Assembly (NCBI GenBank): GCA_965219685.1
Contig: CBDCOH010000002.1
Coordinates: 2,944,001 to 3,008,000, forward strand
DNA from: Candidatus Spongiisociaceae bacterium
GTDB lineage: Bacteria; Actinomycetota; Acidimicrobiia; Spongiisociales; Spongiisociaceae
Direction: 5' to 3'
Length of the DNA: 64,000 nt
In this document: in pieces, positions 21,101 through 31,574 of the stretch
How positions within the stretch are numbered: position 1 is the stretch's first letter
Layout of the letters: every line of letters begins with the position of its first letter
Made by a program: the position numbers and the translations under genes
The notes under the pieces: model-generated
What the model was told of the DNA's origin: nothing
The model's database searches: none
What the model saw: only the letters and a program-made list of their open reading frames with translations

Positions 21101-21609
21101 TACGCGACCTCCTCCCGGTCAAGCATCGGCTCGGAACAGCCGTACCACGGCCATTCCTGATCCGTTATACGCCATCCGTCCGCTGACTCCTGCAGCGTGA
21201 ACCCCGCGTCGAACTCGTAGTAGGACCCGAAAACCCCGAGATCGTCCTCCGCTACCAGCACATCGACGCGGGCCTCCGATCCGTCCACAACCGTGTCGAC
21301 CCACTCGATACGGTACGCATCCCGGGAGAGGTAACGCGGGAAGTGCGAGTCACACTCATCCTGCAGGCGGTCCGAAAGGTAGGAGCGGGCCAGACTGCGC
21401 CGCCCCTCGACCACTGCCTGCAGGTAACGCTGGACGACGCCTTCCGGGCTGTCGGGGTCCAGTTGGGGACTCTTTACGAAGGTGAGAACGACCGCCGCCA
21501 CCAACAGCAGGGCCACGGCGACCCCCGCCCAGATGAGGATCCGGACGTCGGGAGACATCGGTCTCCTGGTCGCTGAACCGGTCTCTGATGCTCGCTCGGC
21601 GTCACCCAC
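21100..21609 (-). CDS. Single-TM hypothetical protein coupled to the DUF5671 gene
   Basis: TM followed by LDPDSPEGVVQRYLQAV. Its stop overlaps the next start. Confidence 0.75.
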   Translation of the reverse strand: MGDAERASETGSATRRPMSPDVRILIWAGVAVALLLVAAVVLTFVKSPQLDPDSPEGVVQRYLQAVVEGRRSLARSYLSDRLQDECDSHFPRYLSRDAYRIEWVDTVVDGSEARVDVLVAEDDLGVFGSYYEFDAGFTLQESADGWRITDQEWPWYGCSEPMLDREEVA

Positions 21610-21637
21610 TGTGCCCGGAGACTAACCGGGTGCGGGC

Positions 21638-21796
21638 TAGTTGTTAGGTCCTAGGTGCCAGGTGCCAGGCCGGACGGCGGATCTAAGGCCGGAACACAAT
21701 GTGACCAAACGCTAACCACCCAACCAGCAACCAGCAACCAGCAACCAGCAACCAGCAACCAGCAACCAGCAACCAGCAACCAGCAACCAGCAACCA
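21638..21796. repeat. Intergenic element: degenerate TAGGTGC array (+), core, CAACCAG x10 (21721-21796)
   Basis: Read directly. The core reverse complement TAGCGTTTGGTCACATTGTGTTCCGGCCTT resembles 32915-32944. Confidence 0.9.
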
Positions 21797-21852
21797 AGTG
21801 TCAGGAGGGCTGGTGGAGCGGCAGGATTCTGGGTCCCGGCCTCAGTTACCGT

Positions 21853-23514
21853 TCACGACGGTTCACGGACCATCCATCTCTCTACCAGGCGGCGTAGGGA
21901 ACCTAACGGGACGGAGCCGCTTCCGAGCACGGTCCTGTGGAATGCTTTGATGTCGAACGTGTGGCCCAGCCGGGTCTCCGCTTCAGCGCGCAGCGATTCG
22001 ATCTCCAGACGCCCCAGCATGTAGGAGAGCGCCTGGCCCGGCATGGCGATGTACCGGTCGATTTCCTCCTCGATCTCGTGCAGGGACATGGGTGAGTGGT
22101 CGGCCAGGAACCTGACGGCTCTGGTGTGTGACCAACCCAAGGCGTGGATACCGGTGTCGACGACCAGGCGGCCGGCTCGCAAGGAGTCGGCGCTGAGCAT
22201 CCCGATCCGCTCCCAGTCGTCACGGTACAGGCCCATCTCGTCGGAGAGACGCTCGCTGTACAGGCCCCAGCCTTCGCCGAAGGCGGGCAGGTAGCAGTTC
22301 CGGTGCAGGTCGTGGATGGCGTCGTTCTCGATCGCCAGGGCGATCTGCAGATGGTGTCCCGGGATTCCCTCGTGGTAGGCGACGGCCGGTATCTGGTAGG
22401 TGCCCCAGGCAGACGGATCCCCGACGTTGAAGAAGAAGCGTCCCGGCCGCGCACCGTCCGCGGTCGGCGGGTAGTAGTAGGCCATGGCCCCGACGTCGAT
22501 CGGATCGGCCAAACAAGGCGCCTTGGGTACGGGATCGAACCATCCGCCCACCGCGGCGCCGGCCTTGTCGAGGCACCGGAGGGCATCGGCCACCAGACCC
22601 TCCGGGTTGGAGTACTGCAATCCTGGATCGTCGCGCAGCCGGCTGTAGATATCGGGGAGATGACGGGTACCGAGCAGGGGTCCGGCGATTCGCCTGTACT
22701 CGTCCTCGAGCGCCTCGACCCTGCGAAGGCCCAGCTCGTGGATCGCTTCGGGGTCCAGATCGAGAGTGGTATGGCCCTTGACCATGGCGGCATACACGGA
22801 GTCACCGCCGGCGAGGTGGCACAGCCCGGCTTGCTCGGTGCTACGTCCGGCAGGCAGGGAGACGTCGCGCAGCGTCCGGGCAAAGCGAGCCAGGCCGGGA
22901 CGCACATGGTCCCGGATCGCGTCGACCAGATCGTCACGCCAGCGGCTCGCAGTAAGCCCGTCCAGTTCGGTGGGGGCAGCCTGGGTGGCGATCGGGTCCT
23001 CCTCCGGTTGCTTGGCGAGCACCCGGTCCAGTTGAGCGAGGCTCTGGCCCACATGCCGGGCGAGCGGCACCAGCCCGGTAGCCGCACCATCTTCGAGCCG
23101 ACCGACGAGCTGGTCGATCATGGCCGGAAAGCGCCGGAGCTTCTCCAGGTACCGGTGCCCGTGGTCGGCGGTGACCAGTGGCTGGAGGTAGAGCGCGGGC
23201 ACCAGCATGCTCAACAGACCGGCCTGGCTGCTCGCGGAACCGAGCTCCGGCCACCAGACGCCTACGCTCGCATCCATGAACGCGGCCGCGGCGACGGTCT
23301 CCGCAAGAGTCCGACCTCGGCCGGTCCCGGCGCATCGGTCGGCACGGGAGGTAAAGCGGAGGCATTCCTCCCTGGTGGCCGCGAGCGCAGCGGACGACAG
23401 GTCGTCCCATCTCTCGAGGCGGTCCAGGTGGCCCTGGGCGAGATTGGTGAAGTGGCGATTGTCGAGCCGGAACTCCCAGAACTCGTCGGCCAGTTCCCGG
23501 GACGACTCCGTCAC
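21853..23514 (-). CDS. DUF885 family protein
   Basis: YHEGIPGHHLQ, EGWGLYSE, RLVVDTGIH, EIDRY...PGQALSYMLG. The GTG start overlaps the upstream TGA. Confidence 0.92.
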   Translation of the reverse strand: MTESSRELADEFWEFRLDNRHFTNLAQGHLDRLERWDDLSSAALAATREECLRFTSRADRCAGTGRGRTLAETVAAAAFMDASVGVWWPELGSASSQAGLLSMLVPALYLQPLVTADHGHRYLEKLRRFPAMIDQLVGRLEDGAATGLVPLARHVGQSLAQLDRVLAKQPEEDPIATQAAPTELDGLTASRWRDDLVDAIRDHVRPGLARFARTLRDVSLPAGRSTEQAGLCHLAGGDSVYAAMVKGHTTLDLDPEAIHELGLRRVEALEDEYRRIAGPLLGTRHLPDIYSRLRDDPGLQYSNPEGLVADALRCLDKAGAAVGGWFDPVPKAPCLADPIDVGAMAYYYPPTADGARPGRFFFNVGDPSAWGTYQIPAVAYHEGIPGHHLQIALAIENDAIHDLHRNCYLPAFGEGWGLYSERLSDEMGLYRDDWERIGMLSADSLRAGRLVVDTGIHALGWSHTRAVRFLADHSPMSLHEIEEEIDRYIAMPGQALSYMLGRLEIESLRAEAETRLGHTFDIKAFHRTVLGSGSVPLGSLRRLVERWMVREPS

Positions 23515-24017
23515 TGACCGAACGAACCCTGATGCAGGATGCTGTCGAGAGGTTTCCGACCCCCGAACCGGGCGGGCCGCGCAGTCCGCGCCGGGTAGCC
23601 GAGAGCGATCGCGTAGCGGCAGCGCCATCCCGGCGGTAGGTCGAGAACCCGACCGGCGTCCTGGTGCCTGTGCATCGTGATGGGACAGGTGGCCATGCCG
23701 AGAGCATCCGCGGCCAGCATGATGTTCTGGGCCATGCGCCCCGTGTCGAATTCGTATGTCTCCGGCTCTTCAACCAGGGCCAGAGCGGCGGGAGCAGCCA
23801 GCAGCGGCTTCGTGAAGTCGCCACATTCGGCCAGCCGCTCGACCTGTGCCCGGTCCTGCACGACGATAACCGACCAGTTCTGGCGGTTCTTGGAACTTCC
23901 CGTCCAGCGGGCTGCTTCGAGCACCCGGTCGAGGTCCGCCGGATCGATCGGTCGGGCCTCGTAATGGCGGATGGCCCGCAGTCCGAGGATACGTTGGTAC
24001 GTTGCGTTCATGGTCAT
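23511..24017 (-). CDS. Nitroreductase family protein
   Basis: RAIRHY, EAARWTGSSKNRQNW, DTGRMAQNIMLAA. Confidence 0.9.
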   Translation of the reverse strand: MTMNATYQRILGLRAIRHYEARPIDPADLDRVLEAARWTGSSKNRQNWSVIVVQDRAQVERLAECGDFTKPLLAAPAALALVEEPETYEFDTGRMAQNIMLAADALGMATCPITMHRHQDAGRVLDLPPGWRCRYAIALGYPARTARPARFGGRKPLDSILHQGSFGQ

Positions 24018-24040
24018 GACACTACTTCGTGCCAGGTTCG

Positions 24041-24176
24041 TGTTGGGTGTTGGGTGGGCTGGCCGGGGTTCGGGATCGCCGGCCCCTTGACGCTCGGTCG
24101 TCGAGTACCCCTCCAGAGTTACCACCATTCACCATTCACCACTCACCACTCACCACTCACCACTCACCACTCACCA
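24041..24176. repeat. Intergenic element: TGTTGGG units (+), core, CACCAYT x7 (24123-24176)
   Basis: The core GTCGAGTACCCCTCCAGAGTT matches GTCGAGTACCGTCAAGAGTT at 13988-14007, and both abut the same array type. Confidence 0.88.
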
Positions 24177-24194
24177 ACTACCATCCTGCGGCGA

Positions 24195-25406
24195 ATGAAC
24201 GACTTCCTGGCCATGTCGCGGGCGCTCCTGCCCGAGATCGTCGAGTTGCGACGCCGGCTCCACCGCCAACCCGAGCGTGGCCTTCACCTGCCGGTGACCC
24301 GCGAGATCGTGCTGGACGCTCTCGAGGGTCTGCCCGTGGAGGTCAACCTCCACGAGACCACCAGCGGCATCGCAGCCGTGCTGCGCGGGAAGCGACCCGG
24401 CTCCACCATCGTCCTGCGAGGCGACATGGACGCGCTGCCGGTCCAGGAGGACACGGGCCTCCCGTTCGCCAGCGAGCATCCGGGGTTCATGCATGCGTGC
24501 GGCCACGATCTGCACACGGCGATGCTGGTCGGGGCGGCCCGGATCCTCTCGTCGATCAGGGAGGAGCTTTCCGGCACGGTGATCTTCATGTTCCAGCCTG
24601 GTGAGGAGGGCTTCTTCGGCGCCCGGCTGATGCTCGAGGAGGGCCTGCTCGACACCGTGCACCCCAGACCCACCGGCGCCTTCGCCATGCATGTGACCAC
24701 CTGGTTCACGTCCGGCACCCTCCAGCACCGCCCGGGACCCCAGATGGCATCGTCCGACGAGGTCCACATAACCGTGCGGGGGAAGGGCGGACACGCCTCG
24801 GCGCCCTACCTGGCCTATGACCCCATCCCGGTGGCGTCCGAGATCGTGCTGGCGGTGGAGACCGCTGTCACCCGCCGGATCAACGTCTTCCAGCCGGGAG
24901 TGATCACCTTCGCCATGATCGACGCCGGAACGACCCACAACGTGATTCCGGAGAGTGCCAGCATGCTGGGGACCGTCCGTGCCCTGTCGGACGATACCCG
25001 GGCGGAACTGCACGCCATCCTCCGTCGGGTAGCCGGCAATGTCGCCAAGGCGCACGGCATGGAAGCCGACGTGCGGATTGACCTCGGCTACCCGGTGGTG
25101 GTCAACGACCCCGCCTACACGGCCTTCGTCGACGGCGTCGCCGCGCGAACGCTCGCCGAGGACTCGGTGAGACCGCTGGAGAACCCCTCTATGGGCGGCG
25201 AGGACTGGGCCTACGTTCTCAGGGAGATACCGGGAACGATGTCCTACTTGGGGGCATGCCTCCCCGACCAGACTCCGGGAAAGGTCCCCGGGAACCACTC
25301 CAACCGGGTGGTGTTCGACGAGGATGCGATGGTCCAGGGCATGGCCATGCATGCGGCCGTAGCGATGGCCCACGGCAGGGGTGAGTTCACCAGCCCTGAT
25401 TGTTAA
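24195..25406 (+). CDS. M20 family amidohydrolase (hippurate hydrolase-like)
   Basis: RGDMDALP, MHACGHD, FQPGEEG, GKGGHAS, GGED. Confidence 0.93.
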   Translation: MNDFLAMSRALLPEIVELRRRLHRQPERGLHLPVTREIVLDALEGLPVEVNLHETTSGIAAVLRGKRPGSTIVLRGDMDALPVQEDTGLPFASEHPGFMHACGHDLHTAMLVGAARILSSIREELSGTVIFMFQPGEEGFFGARLMLEEGLLDTVHPRPTGAFAMHVTTWFTSGTLQHRPGPQMASSDEVHITVRGKGGHASAPYLAYDPIPVASEIVLAVETAVTRRINVFQPGVITFAMIDAGTTHNVIPESASMLGTVRALSDDTRAELHAILRRVAGNVAKAHGMEADVRIDLGYPVVVNDPAYTAFVDGVAARTLAEDSVRPLENPSMGGEDWAYVLREIPGTMSYLGACLPDQTPGKVPGNHSNRVVFDEDAMVQGMAMHAAVAMAHGRGEFTSPDC

Positions 25407-25591
25407 CTAACGTTACGTTATCGTCCTATATGCACAGTTGGTCTCGCCGGTCAACCGATGGCGGGTGTGGCCGGTACATACCCGGGAGACCTCCGGTCCC
25501 CGGCCCAGAGGACGATGCAGCGTGTGACCCCGGAGAGCGGGGTGGGACCCGAGTTCTCCCAGCAGCGGGAACACCGTACCCTTGATGTCTG

Positions 25592-27451
25592 ATGACGAGC
25601 AACGCGATACTGGACGAGGCGCGCCGCCCCGAGCACAAGGTGCTGGGACGCGGAGTCGAGCTGATCCTCCGCCAGCTCCGGCGGGCGCCCAAGGAGTTCG
25701 CGGTGGGCTTCGCCGCCACCAGCGTCTATGCGGTGGCCACGATCGTCTCCTCGTATGTGATCGGATGGGCTACCGACTCGGTGCTGCTTCCGGCCTCTCG
25801 GGACGGGGACCTCACCACCGCCTCGCTGGTAGCAGTGGCCCTGGCCGTGGTCGGGGTGGGTGTTGCCAGGGGACTGGGGATCGCCCTGCGCCGCTACGGC
25901 GCCTACCGGGCGCAGTACCGGCTCGAGCAGAGGGACCGGATCGATGTCACCGACCGTTATCTCGAGTTGCCCACCGAGTGGCACCGGCGCCACCCCACCG
26001 GCCAACTGCTCTCGAACGTCAACGCCGATGTGGAGGCCGCCGCCCAGATCGCCGCTCCCCTGCCGATGGCCTTCGGCGTGATGGTGATGCTGGCAGTCAT
26101 GTCGGTGCTGCTGGTGGTCACCGACCCGTTCCTGGCGCTAGTCGGGTTCTCGATCATGCCGGCCATCATGATCAACAACCTCTTCTACCAGCGGAAGATG
26201 CGGATCGCAGCCGCCGCCGCGCAGCGGATCAGGGCCGAGGTGGCCGAGGTCGCCCACGAATCCTTCGACGCGGCGCTGGTGGTGAAGACCCTGGGCCGGG
26301 AGGAAACCGAGGCCACCAGGTTCGGCGCCCTGTCGGACAACCTCCGCTACAGCATGGTGGGCCTGGGGAGGCTGCGAGCCGTCTTCGATCCGATCATGGA
26401 AGCCCTGCCGACGATCGGGGTGCTGGCGGTGGTGGGGGTTGGCGCCTGGCGGGTCGACGAGGGCCTGTTGACAGCCGGTACCCTCGTCACATTCGCATAC
26501 CTGTTCCGGCTGATCGCCCTGCCGATGAGGGTGTTCGCCTGGCTGCTGGGACAGCTTCCCACCGCCGTAGTCGGACTCGACCGCATAGAGGCCGTCCTGT
26601 CCGAGACCCGGACGGTCACCTACGGGTCCGGGTCCATACCGGGACGGGGCAGCGTCGAAGGAGAAGCCCGCAGCGCCTCCTACCTCCATCCGGAGACATC
26701 GCTCTCCGATCTCGGCGCCCGCGACGTCGCTGCCGGACCTCCGCCTTCCGGAGACGGTGACCTCGGAAACGGTGACCGGCGGGGGATCGAAGCGATCTCG
26801 TTCGCGGCCCCGCCGGGCCACACGCTGGCCCTCGTGGGTCCCACGGGCTCTGGAAAGTCGACCGTGGCCCAGTTGCTTGTCCGCCTGTTCGATCCCGACT
26901 CGGGAACGATCCGGCTCGACAGGACCCCTCTCGCCGATCTGTCACGGCCCGTGATGAGAACCGCCGTCGCGCTGGCCTTCCAGGAGCCCTTCCTCTTCAA
27001 CACCACGGTCCGCGAGAACATCACGCTCGGGCGCGACTACCCCGACGGCGAGGTGCTCGGCGCTGCGCGGCTGGCCCAGGCGCACGACTTCATCGCCGAG
27101 TTGCCCGACGGCTATTCGACCCTGATCGGCGAGCGAGGCGCAAACCTGTCCGGGGGCCAGCGCCAGCGAGTAGCCCTGGCGCGGGCGTTGATCCGCCGCC
27201 CGCGGCTCCTCGTGCTGGACGACGCCACCTCGGCGGTCGATCCGGCTGTCGAGCGGGCCATCCTCGACGGGCTCCAGGTGGTCGACACCACGCTGATCAT
27301 GGTGGCCTACCGGCGCGCGACGATCATGCAGGCCGACGAGGTCATCTTCGTCGAGGACGGCAGGATCACCGGGCGGGGAACCCACGCCGACCTCTACCAG
27401 GGGTTGCCCGCGTACGCAGCCCTCATCGACGCGTACGAGGTGGGGGAGTAA
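25592..27451 (+). CDS. Type IV ABC exporter subunit (TMD+NBD) with degenerate Walker B/H-loop
   Basis: GPTGSGKST, LSGGQRQR, VLDDAT, VAYRR. Confidence 0.92.
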   Translation: MTSNAILDEARRPEHKVLGRGVELILRQLRRAPKEFAVGFAATSVYAVATIVSSYVIGWATDSVLLPASRDGDLTTASLVAVALAVVGVGVARGLGIALRRYGAYRAQYRLEQRDRIDVTDRYLELPTEWHRRHPTGQLLSNVNADVEAAAQIAAPLPMAFGVMVMLAVMSVLLVVTDPFLALVGFSIMPAIMINNLFYQRKMRIAAAAAQRIRAEVAEVAHESFDAALVVKTLGREETEATRFGALSDNLRYSMVGLGRLRAVFDPIMEALPTIGVLAVVGVGAWRVDEGLLTAGTLVTFAYLFRLIALPMRVFAWLLGQLPTAVVGLDRIEAVLSETRTVTYGSGSIPGRGSVEGEARSASYLHPETSLSDLGARDVAAGPPPSGDGDLGNGDRRGIEAISFAAPPGHTLALVGPTGSGKSTVAQLLVRLFDPDSGTIRLDRTPLADLSRPVMRTAVALAFQEPFLFNTTVRENITLGRDYPDGEVLGAARLAQAHDFIAELPDGYSTLIGERGANLSGGQRQRVALARALIRRPRLLVLDDATSAVDPAVERAILDGLQVVDTTLIMVAYRRATIMQADEVIFVEDGRITGRGTHADLYQGLPAYAALIDAYEVGE

Positions 27452-29286
27452 TGATCGCGGCAAGGGACCGGACGGCGGGTCCCGACCGTTCCGGCGTGAA
27501 GGCGTGGGAGACGATCAGGCGCGGCCTGATGCTGTCCCCGGAACTGCGCTTCGGGATGATACTGACCTTGGTCCTCGCGCTGGTCGCAACGGCCGGCCGG
27601 GTGATCATCCCGGTGGCGATCCAGCAGGTCTTGGACGGCGGCCTGACCCAAACCGGTGTCGCCATGGGCTTCGTCACACGGATGATCGGTCTGGCGTTGC
27701 TGGCCGTACTCCTCACCGCCCTCGCGACCGGGTTCATGCACCTCCGCCTGGCCCGCGTGTCGGAGGAGGCGCTGTCGGGGCTTCGCATCAGGGCATTCCG
27801 GCACATCCACGACCTCTCCATGCTGCACCAGGCCTCCGAGCAGCGCGGAGTGCTCGTCGCCCGGGTCACCTCCGACGTGGACCAGATCAGCCGCTTCATG
27901 CAATGGGCCGGACTGATGCTGATCGTGAACATCGGCCAGGCGCTCCTGGCGATGGTGGTGATGGCCGTCTACTCGTGGCAACTGTTCCTCACCGTCATGG
28001 CCGTCCTCCCGATACTGCTCTACGCCATCCGTTGGTTCCAGACGCGGCTGGCCGGCGCCTACCTGACAGTTAGGGAGAAGGTGGGGAAGATGCTGGGCGC
28101 CCTGGCCGAGGTGGTAGTGGGCGCCCCGGTGATCCGCGCATACGGCATGGAGAACCGGACCCGGGAAAGCCTCAGCCAAGCCATCGAGGAGCACCGGGCA
28201 TCAGCATCCCGTGCAGGGGGGATCTCATCCGGATTCTCCGGGGTAAGCGAGGTCCTAACCGCAGCCGTGACCGCCGCCGTCCTCGTGGTGGGCGCCATCC
28301 TGGTCGTGGGAGGGGAGACTTCGATCGGCACGGTGATCGCTTTCCTGTTCCTGGTGCAACTCTTCGTCATGCCGGTCCAGATGTTCGGGGAGGCCGTGAA
28401 CGAGGCCCAGACCGCGGTGGCGGGATGGCGACGGGTTCTCGATGTGCTGGACATACCCCCGGATGTGGCCGACCCGGGAGAGGACGGCGTGGACCTGCCC
28501 GCGGGGTCGTTCGGGATCCGGTTCGACAACGTGTCCTTTCGCTACCCGCTGTCTGGCGAGAGGGCCCGCGAGGCCACCGGCGTGATGGCGATCGGACGGG
28601 TGACCGTGGTTCTCGAATCACGCACCCATGTAGCGGTGGTCGGCGAGACCGGCTCGGGCAAGACCACCTTCGCCAAGCTGGCCACCCGGCTCATGGATCC
28701 CACCGAAGGGCGGGTGCTGCTCGGAGACATCGATGCCTCAAGCGTCCGATTCGGATCCCTGCGGGACCGGGTCGTGATGGTGCCCCAGGACGGGATGCTG
28801 TTCCGCGGGACCATATTCGACAACGTGCGGATGGGCAGCACCCGCGCCACGAAGGCCGATGTCGAGGAAGCCTTCGTGCGGCTCGGGTTGGGGGGCTGGC
28901 TGCGTGAGCTCGGGCAGGGTCTCGAGACGCAGGTGGGAGAGCGCGGTTCTGCCCTCTCGGTCGGCGAGCGTCAACTGGTCACGCTGGTGCGGGCGGCGAT
29001 CGCCGATCCCGATCTCCTGGTTCTGGACGAGGCGACCTCGGCAGTGGATCCCGCCACCGAGGTACGCATTTCGAGGGCGCTGCGCGAACTCACCGCAGGG
29101 CGCACGGTGATCACCATCGCGCACCGGCTGTCCACCGCCGAAGTGGCGGACCGGGTCCTCGTATTCGACGCGGGCCGGATAGTCCAGGACGGCCCCCACC
29201 GGCGGCTGATCACCGAGGGAGGGGCCTATGGGCGCCTCCACAGGGCATGGGAGAGGGGAACGTCGGAACGGGCGGTCTCGCGGTAG
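27451..29286 (+). CDS. Type IV ABC exporter subunit (TMD+NBD), heterodimer partner
   Basis: GETGSGKTT, LSVGERQ, VLDEAT, IAHRLS. Confidence 0.92.
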   Translation: MIAARDRTAGPDRSGVKAWETIRRGLMLSPELRFGMILTLVLALVATAGRVIIPVAIQQVLDGGLTQTGVAMGFVTRMIGLALLAVLLTALATGFMHLRLARVSEEALSGLRIRAFRHIHDLSMLHQASEQRGVLVARVTSDVDQISRFMQWAGLMLIVNIGQALLAMVVMAVYSWQLFLTVMAVLPILLYAIRWFQTRLAGAYLTVREKVGKMLGALAEVVVGAPVIRAYGMENRTRESLSQAIEEHRASASRAGGISSGFSGVSEVLTAAVTAAVLVVGAILVVGGETSIGTVIAFLFLVQLFVMPVQMFGEAVNEAQTAVAGWRRVLDVLDIPPDVADPGEDGVDLPAGSFGIRFDNVSFRYPLSGERAREATGVMAIGRVTVVLESRTHVAVVGETGSGKTTFAKLATRLMDPTEGRVLLGDIDASSVRFGSLRDRVVMVPQDGMLFRGTIFDNVRMGSTRATKADVEEAFVRLGLGGWLRELGQGLETQVGERGSALSVGERQLVTLVRAAIADPDLLVLDEATSAVDPATEVRISRALRELTAGRTVITIAHRLSTAEVADRVLVFDAGRIVQDGPHRRLITEGGAYGRLHRAWERGTSERAVSR

Positions 29287-29426
29287 GCAGGACGGCACCT
29301 ACAGAAACGTGGATCCCTCACAGATCGACGGGCGCCCAGGATTAGTCCATTCAATCGGGACATATCAGCCGCCTGGTGCCCGCGGTGGACCTCACCAGAG
29401 TTTCGCGGCCCAGCCAGCGCCGGAAC

Positions 29427-30188
29427 CTACTTCGGGCCCATCCTGATGCCGCCGTCCATGCGGATCGTCTCGCCGTTCATGTAGCGGTGGGTGACCAGGA
29501 ACATCACCAACTCCGCGTACTCGTCGGGGCGTCCCAGGCGTTTGGGATGCAGGACCTGCTGACCGAGCGACGCCTTGGCCGGCTCGGGCAGGCCGGCGAG
29601 TAGGGGGGTGTCGATTATCCCGGGCGCGATGGTGCTGACCCGGATCCCGAGAACCGAGAGGTCCCTGGCGATCGGCAGCGTCATCCCGACGATCCCTCCC
29701 TTGGAAGCCGAATAGGCGGCCTGGCCGATCTGGCCGTCGTAGGCGGCCACCGAGGATGTAAGGATGATGGCGCCCCGGTCGTTGTTACCGTCGGGCTGGT
29801 TCCCCATCATCGCGGAGGCCGCGACCCGGATCGTGTTGAAGGTCCCCACCAGGTTGATCTCGATCACCTTGCGGAAAAGGGACAGGGAGTGGGGGGTTCC
29901 GTCCCGGGCGAGGGTACGGCAGGGCGGCCCGATCCCGGCGCAGTTGACCACTACGCGTATCTCTCCCAAGGAGGCGGCTGCGTCGATCCCGGCCACCATG
30001 TCGTCCTCGCTGGTCACATCACAATGAGCGAAGATGCCTCCCAACTCGTCGGCGACGGCTTCACCGAGTTCATCGTTGATGTCGAGGATCGCCGCCTTCA
30101 TGCCGGCCCCCGCCAGGACCCGGGCGGTGGCAGCCCCCAGCCCTGATGCCCCACCGGTCACAACCGCCACAGCTCCATCGAGTTTCAT
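29427..30188 (-). CDS. SDR, type II 3-hydroxyacyl-CoA dehydrogenase (HSD10-like)
   Basis: TGGASGLG, NCAGI, GQIGQAAYSASKGGIVGMTLPIARDL. Confidence 0.92.
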   Translation of the reverse strand: MKLDGAVAVVTGGASGLGAATARVLAGAGMKAAILDINDELGEAVADELGGIFAHCDVTSEDDMVAGIDAAASLGEIRVVVNCAGIGPPCRTLARDGTPHSLSLFRKVIEINLVGTFNTIRVAASAMMGNQPDGNNDRGAIILTSSVAAYDGQIGQAAYSASKGGIVGMTLPIARDLSVLGIRVSTIAPGIIDTPLLAGLPEPAKASLGQQVLHPKRLGRPDEYAELVMFLVTHRYMNGETIRMDGGIRMGPK

Positions 30189-30361
30189 ACCGTCCTCACC
30201 TTTCGTTCATGGCGAGCCAGACGCTACCCGGCCGCAAGGCCAGACCGGAAGTCGGCCCGGTTTCTTTCGCGTTCCCCCCTCCGGACGGGAGGGAGGAACC
30301 TGGCATCGCAGGGTCGGTGCCAACATGGTGCCTCAGCCGAGAGCTTCGAAGGAGACACCGC

Positions 30362-31402
30362 GTGGCGGGACGCAGCACCAGACGCGATCAGAGCAGTTCC
30401 AGGCGACCCTCGCGCCGCGGCGTCACCACAGGTCCACCGGAACGCACGGTCGTGTACACCGACGGAGCCTGCTCCGGAAACCCCGGCCCCGGGGGATGGG
30501 CCTGGGTGATTCCCGGCGGCCGTTACCGGAGTGGCTCGGCACCGCACACCACCAACCAGCGCATGGAGCTGGCGGCAGCCCTCGATGCGGTGCGAACCAT
30601 CGACGGCCCTCTCGAGGTCGTGAGCGACTCGACGTACGTGGTGAACTGCTTCCGGCAGGGCTGGTGGAAGGGATGGCTCGACCGCGGTTGGACGAACTCC
30701 AAGAAGCAACCGGTTGCCAACCGAGACCTCTGGGAACCGCTGGTCGACATCTACCGGTCGAAACCGATCACCTTCCGGTGGGTGAAGGGCCACGGTGGCA
30801 ACGAGTGGAACGACATGGCCGACCGCCTGGCCGTACAGGCCGCGGCGGCCCAGGAAGGCGCCGAGAGCGAGCGTCCACCACCCCCCGGCAGCATTCGCGC
30901 TCCCGACCGCTCGGACTCCCAGCAGCTTCCTTCAGACCGGCCGGGCAAGCCCTTACCAACCGGTCATACCCTCGTCTTCGCCGAGGGGACCGCCTCCGCC
31001 CAGGCGGGAAGCGGTGGTTGGGCCTGGGCTGCGCCGGGCAGGCGCTACCGGAGCGGCGCCGCCGTGCGAACCACCGGACGGCGCATGGAGCTGACCGCAG
31101 TGCTCGATGCCGTGCGGGAACTCGAGGGCGCCTTGGAAGTGGTCAGCAGTTCCGGATACGTAGTCAACTGCTTCCGGAGCGGCTGGTGGAAGGGGTGGAT
31201 CAGCCGCGGTTGGACGACCTCGCAGAACAAGCCGGTGGCCAACCGCGACCTGTGGGAGCCGCTCATCGAGATGTACCAGGCGAGGCCCATCGAGTTCCGT
31301 CCGGCCGCCCGGGCGGACGGCGACTGGGCGGGGAAGGTCGAGTGGTTGGCCGCCGAGGCGTCCCGGATCCAGCAGGGCAACGAGGGTGAGATATCCGGCT
31401 GA
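30362..31402 (+). CDS. rnhA: Ribonuclease HI with a second, degenerate RNase H domain
   Basis: AAGGAGA RBS before GTG 30362. Domain 1: YTDGACSGNPGPGGW, TTNQRMEL, SDSTYV, NRDLW, WVKGH, NDMADRLA. Domain 2 is a close paralogue. Confidence 0.88.
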   Translation: MAGRSTRRDQSSSRRPSRRGVTTGPPERTVVYTDGACSGNPGPGGWAWVIPGGRYRSGSAPHTTNQRMELAAALDAVRTIDGPLEVVSDSTYVVNCFRQGWWKGWLDRGWTNSKKQPVANRDLWEPLVDIYRSKPITFRWVKGHGGNEWNDMADRLAVQAAAAQEGAESERPPPPGSIRAPDRSDSQQLPSDRPGKPLPTGHTLVFAEGTASAQAGSGGWAWAAPGRRYRSGAAVRTTGRRMELTAVLDAVRELEGALEVVSSSGYVVNCFRSGWWKGWISRGWTTSQNKPVANRDLWEPLIEMYQARPIEFRPAARADGDWAGKVEWLAAEASRIQQGNEGEISG

Positions 31403-31574
31403 GGAGAGTCCGATCCCGAGGCACTAGACGAGTAGTTGCAAGGGATCCGACCAGAAGCGACCGTACTCTATGGTCGCTACACAACGCTGTACAAACACAT
31501 CTGTAACTGGTGTGCCACCTGTTCCTGGAATCGGACTCCGGGGCTGCCATTCCGTGAAGAGCCACCCGCGACGC

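Noticed and set aside
21655-21897. ORFs with periodic peptides (QQPATSN; also HHSPFT/HHSPLT at 13891-14178 and in the extension of 23664)
   Set aside because: These are translations of the non-coding heptamer arrays.
14011-24176. CRISPR arrays
   Set aside because: The repeats are contiguous 7-mers with no unique spacers, and there are no cas genes.
23664-24194. Long N-terminal extensions in the ORF track (M20, thiD, surE, ABC ATPase, rnhA)
   Set aside because: They overlap real genes or repeats. Family similarity and RBS positions support later starts.
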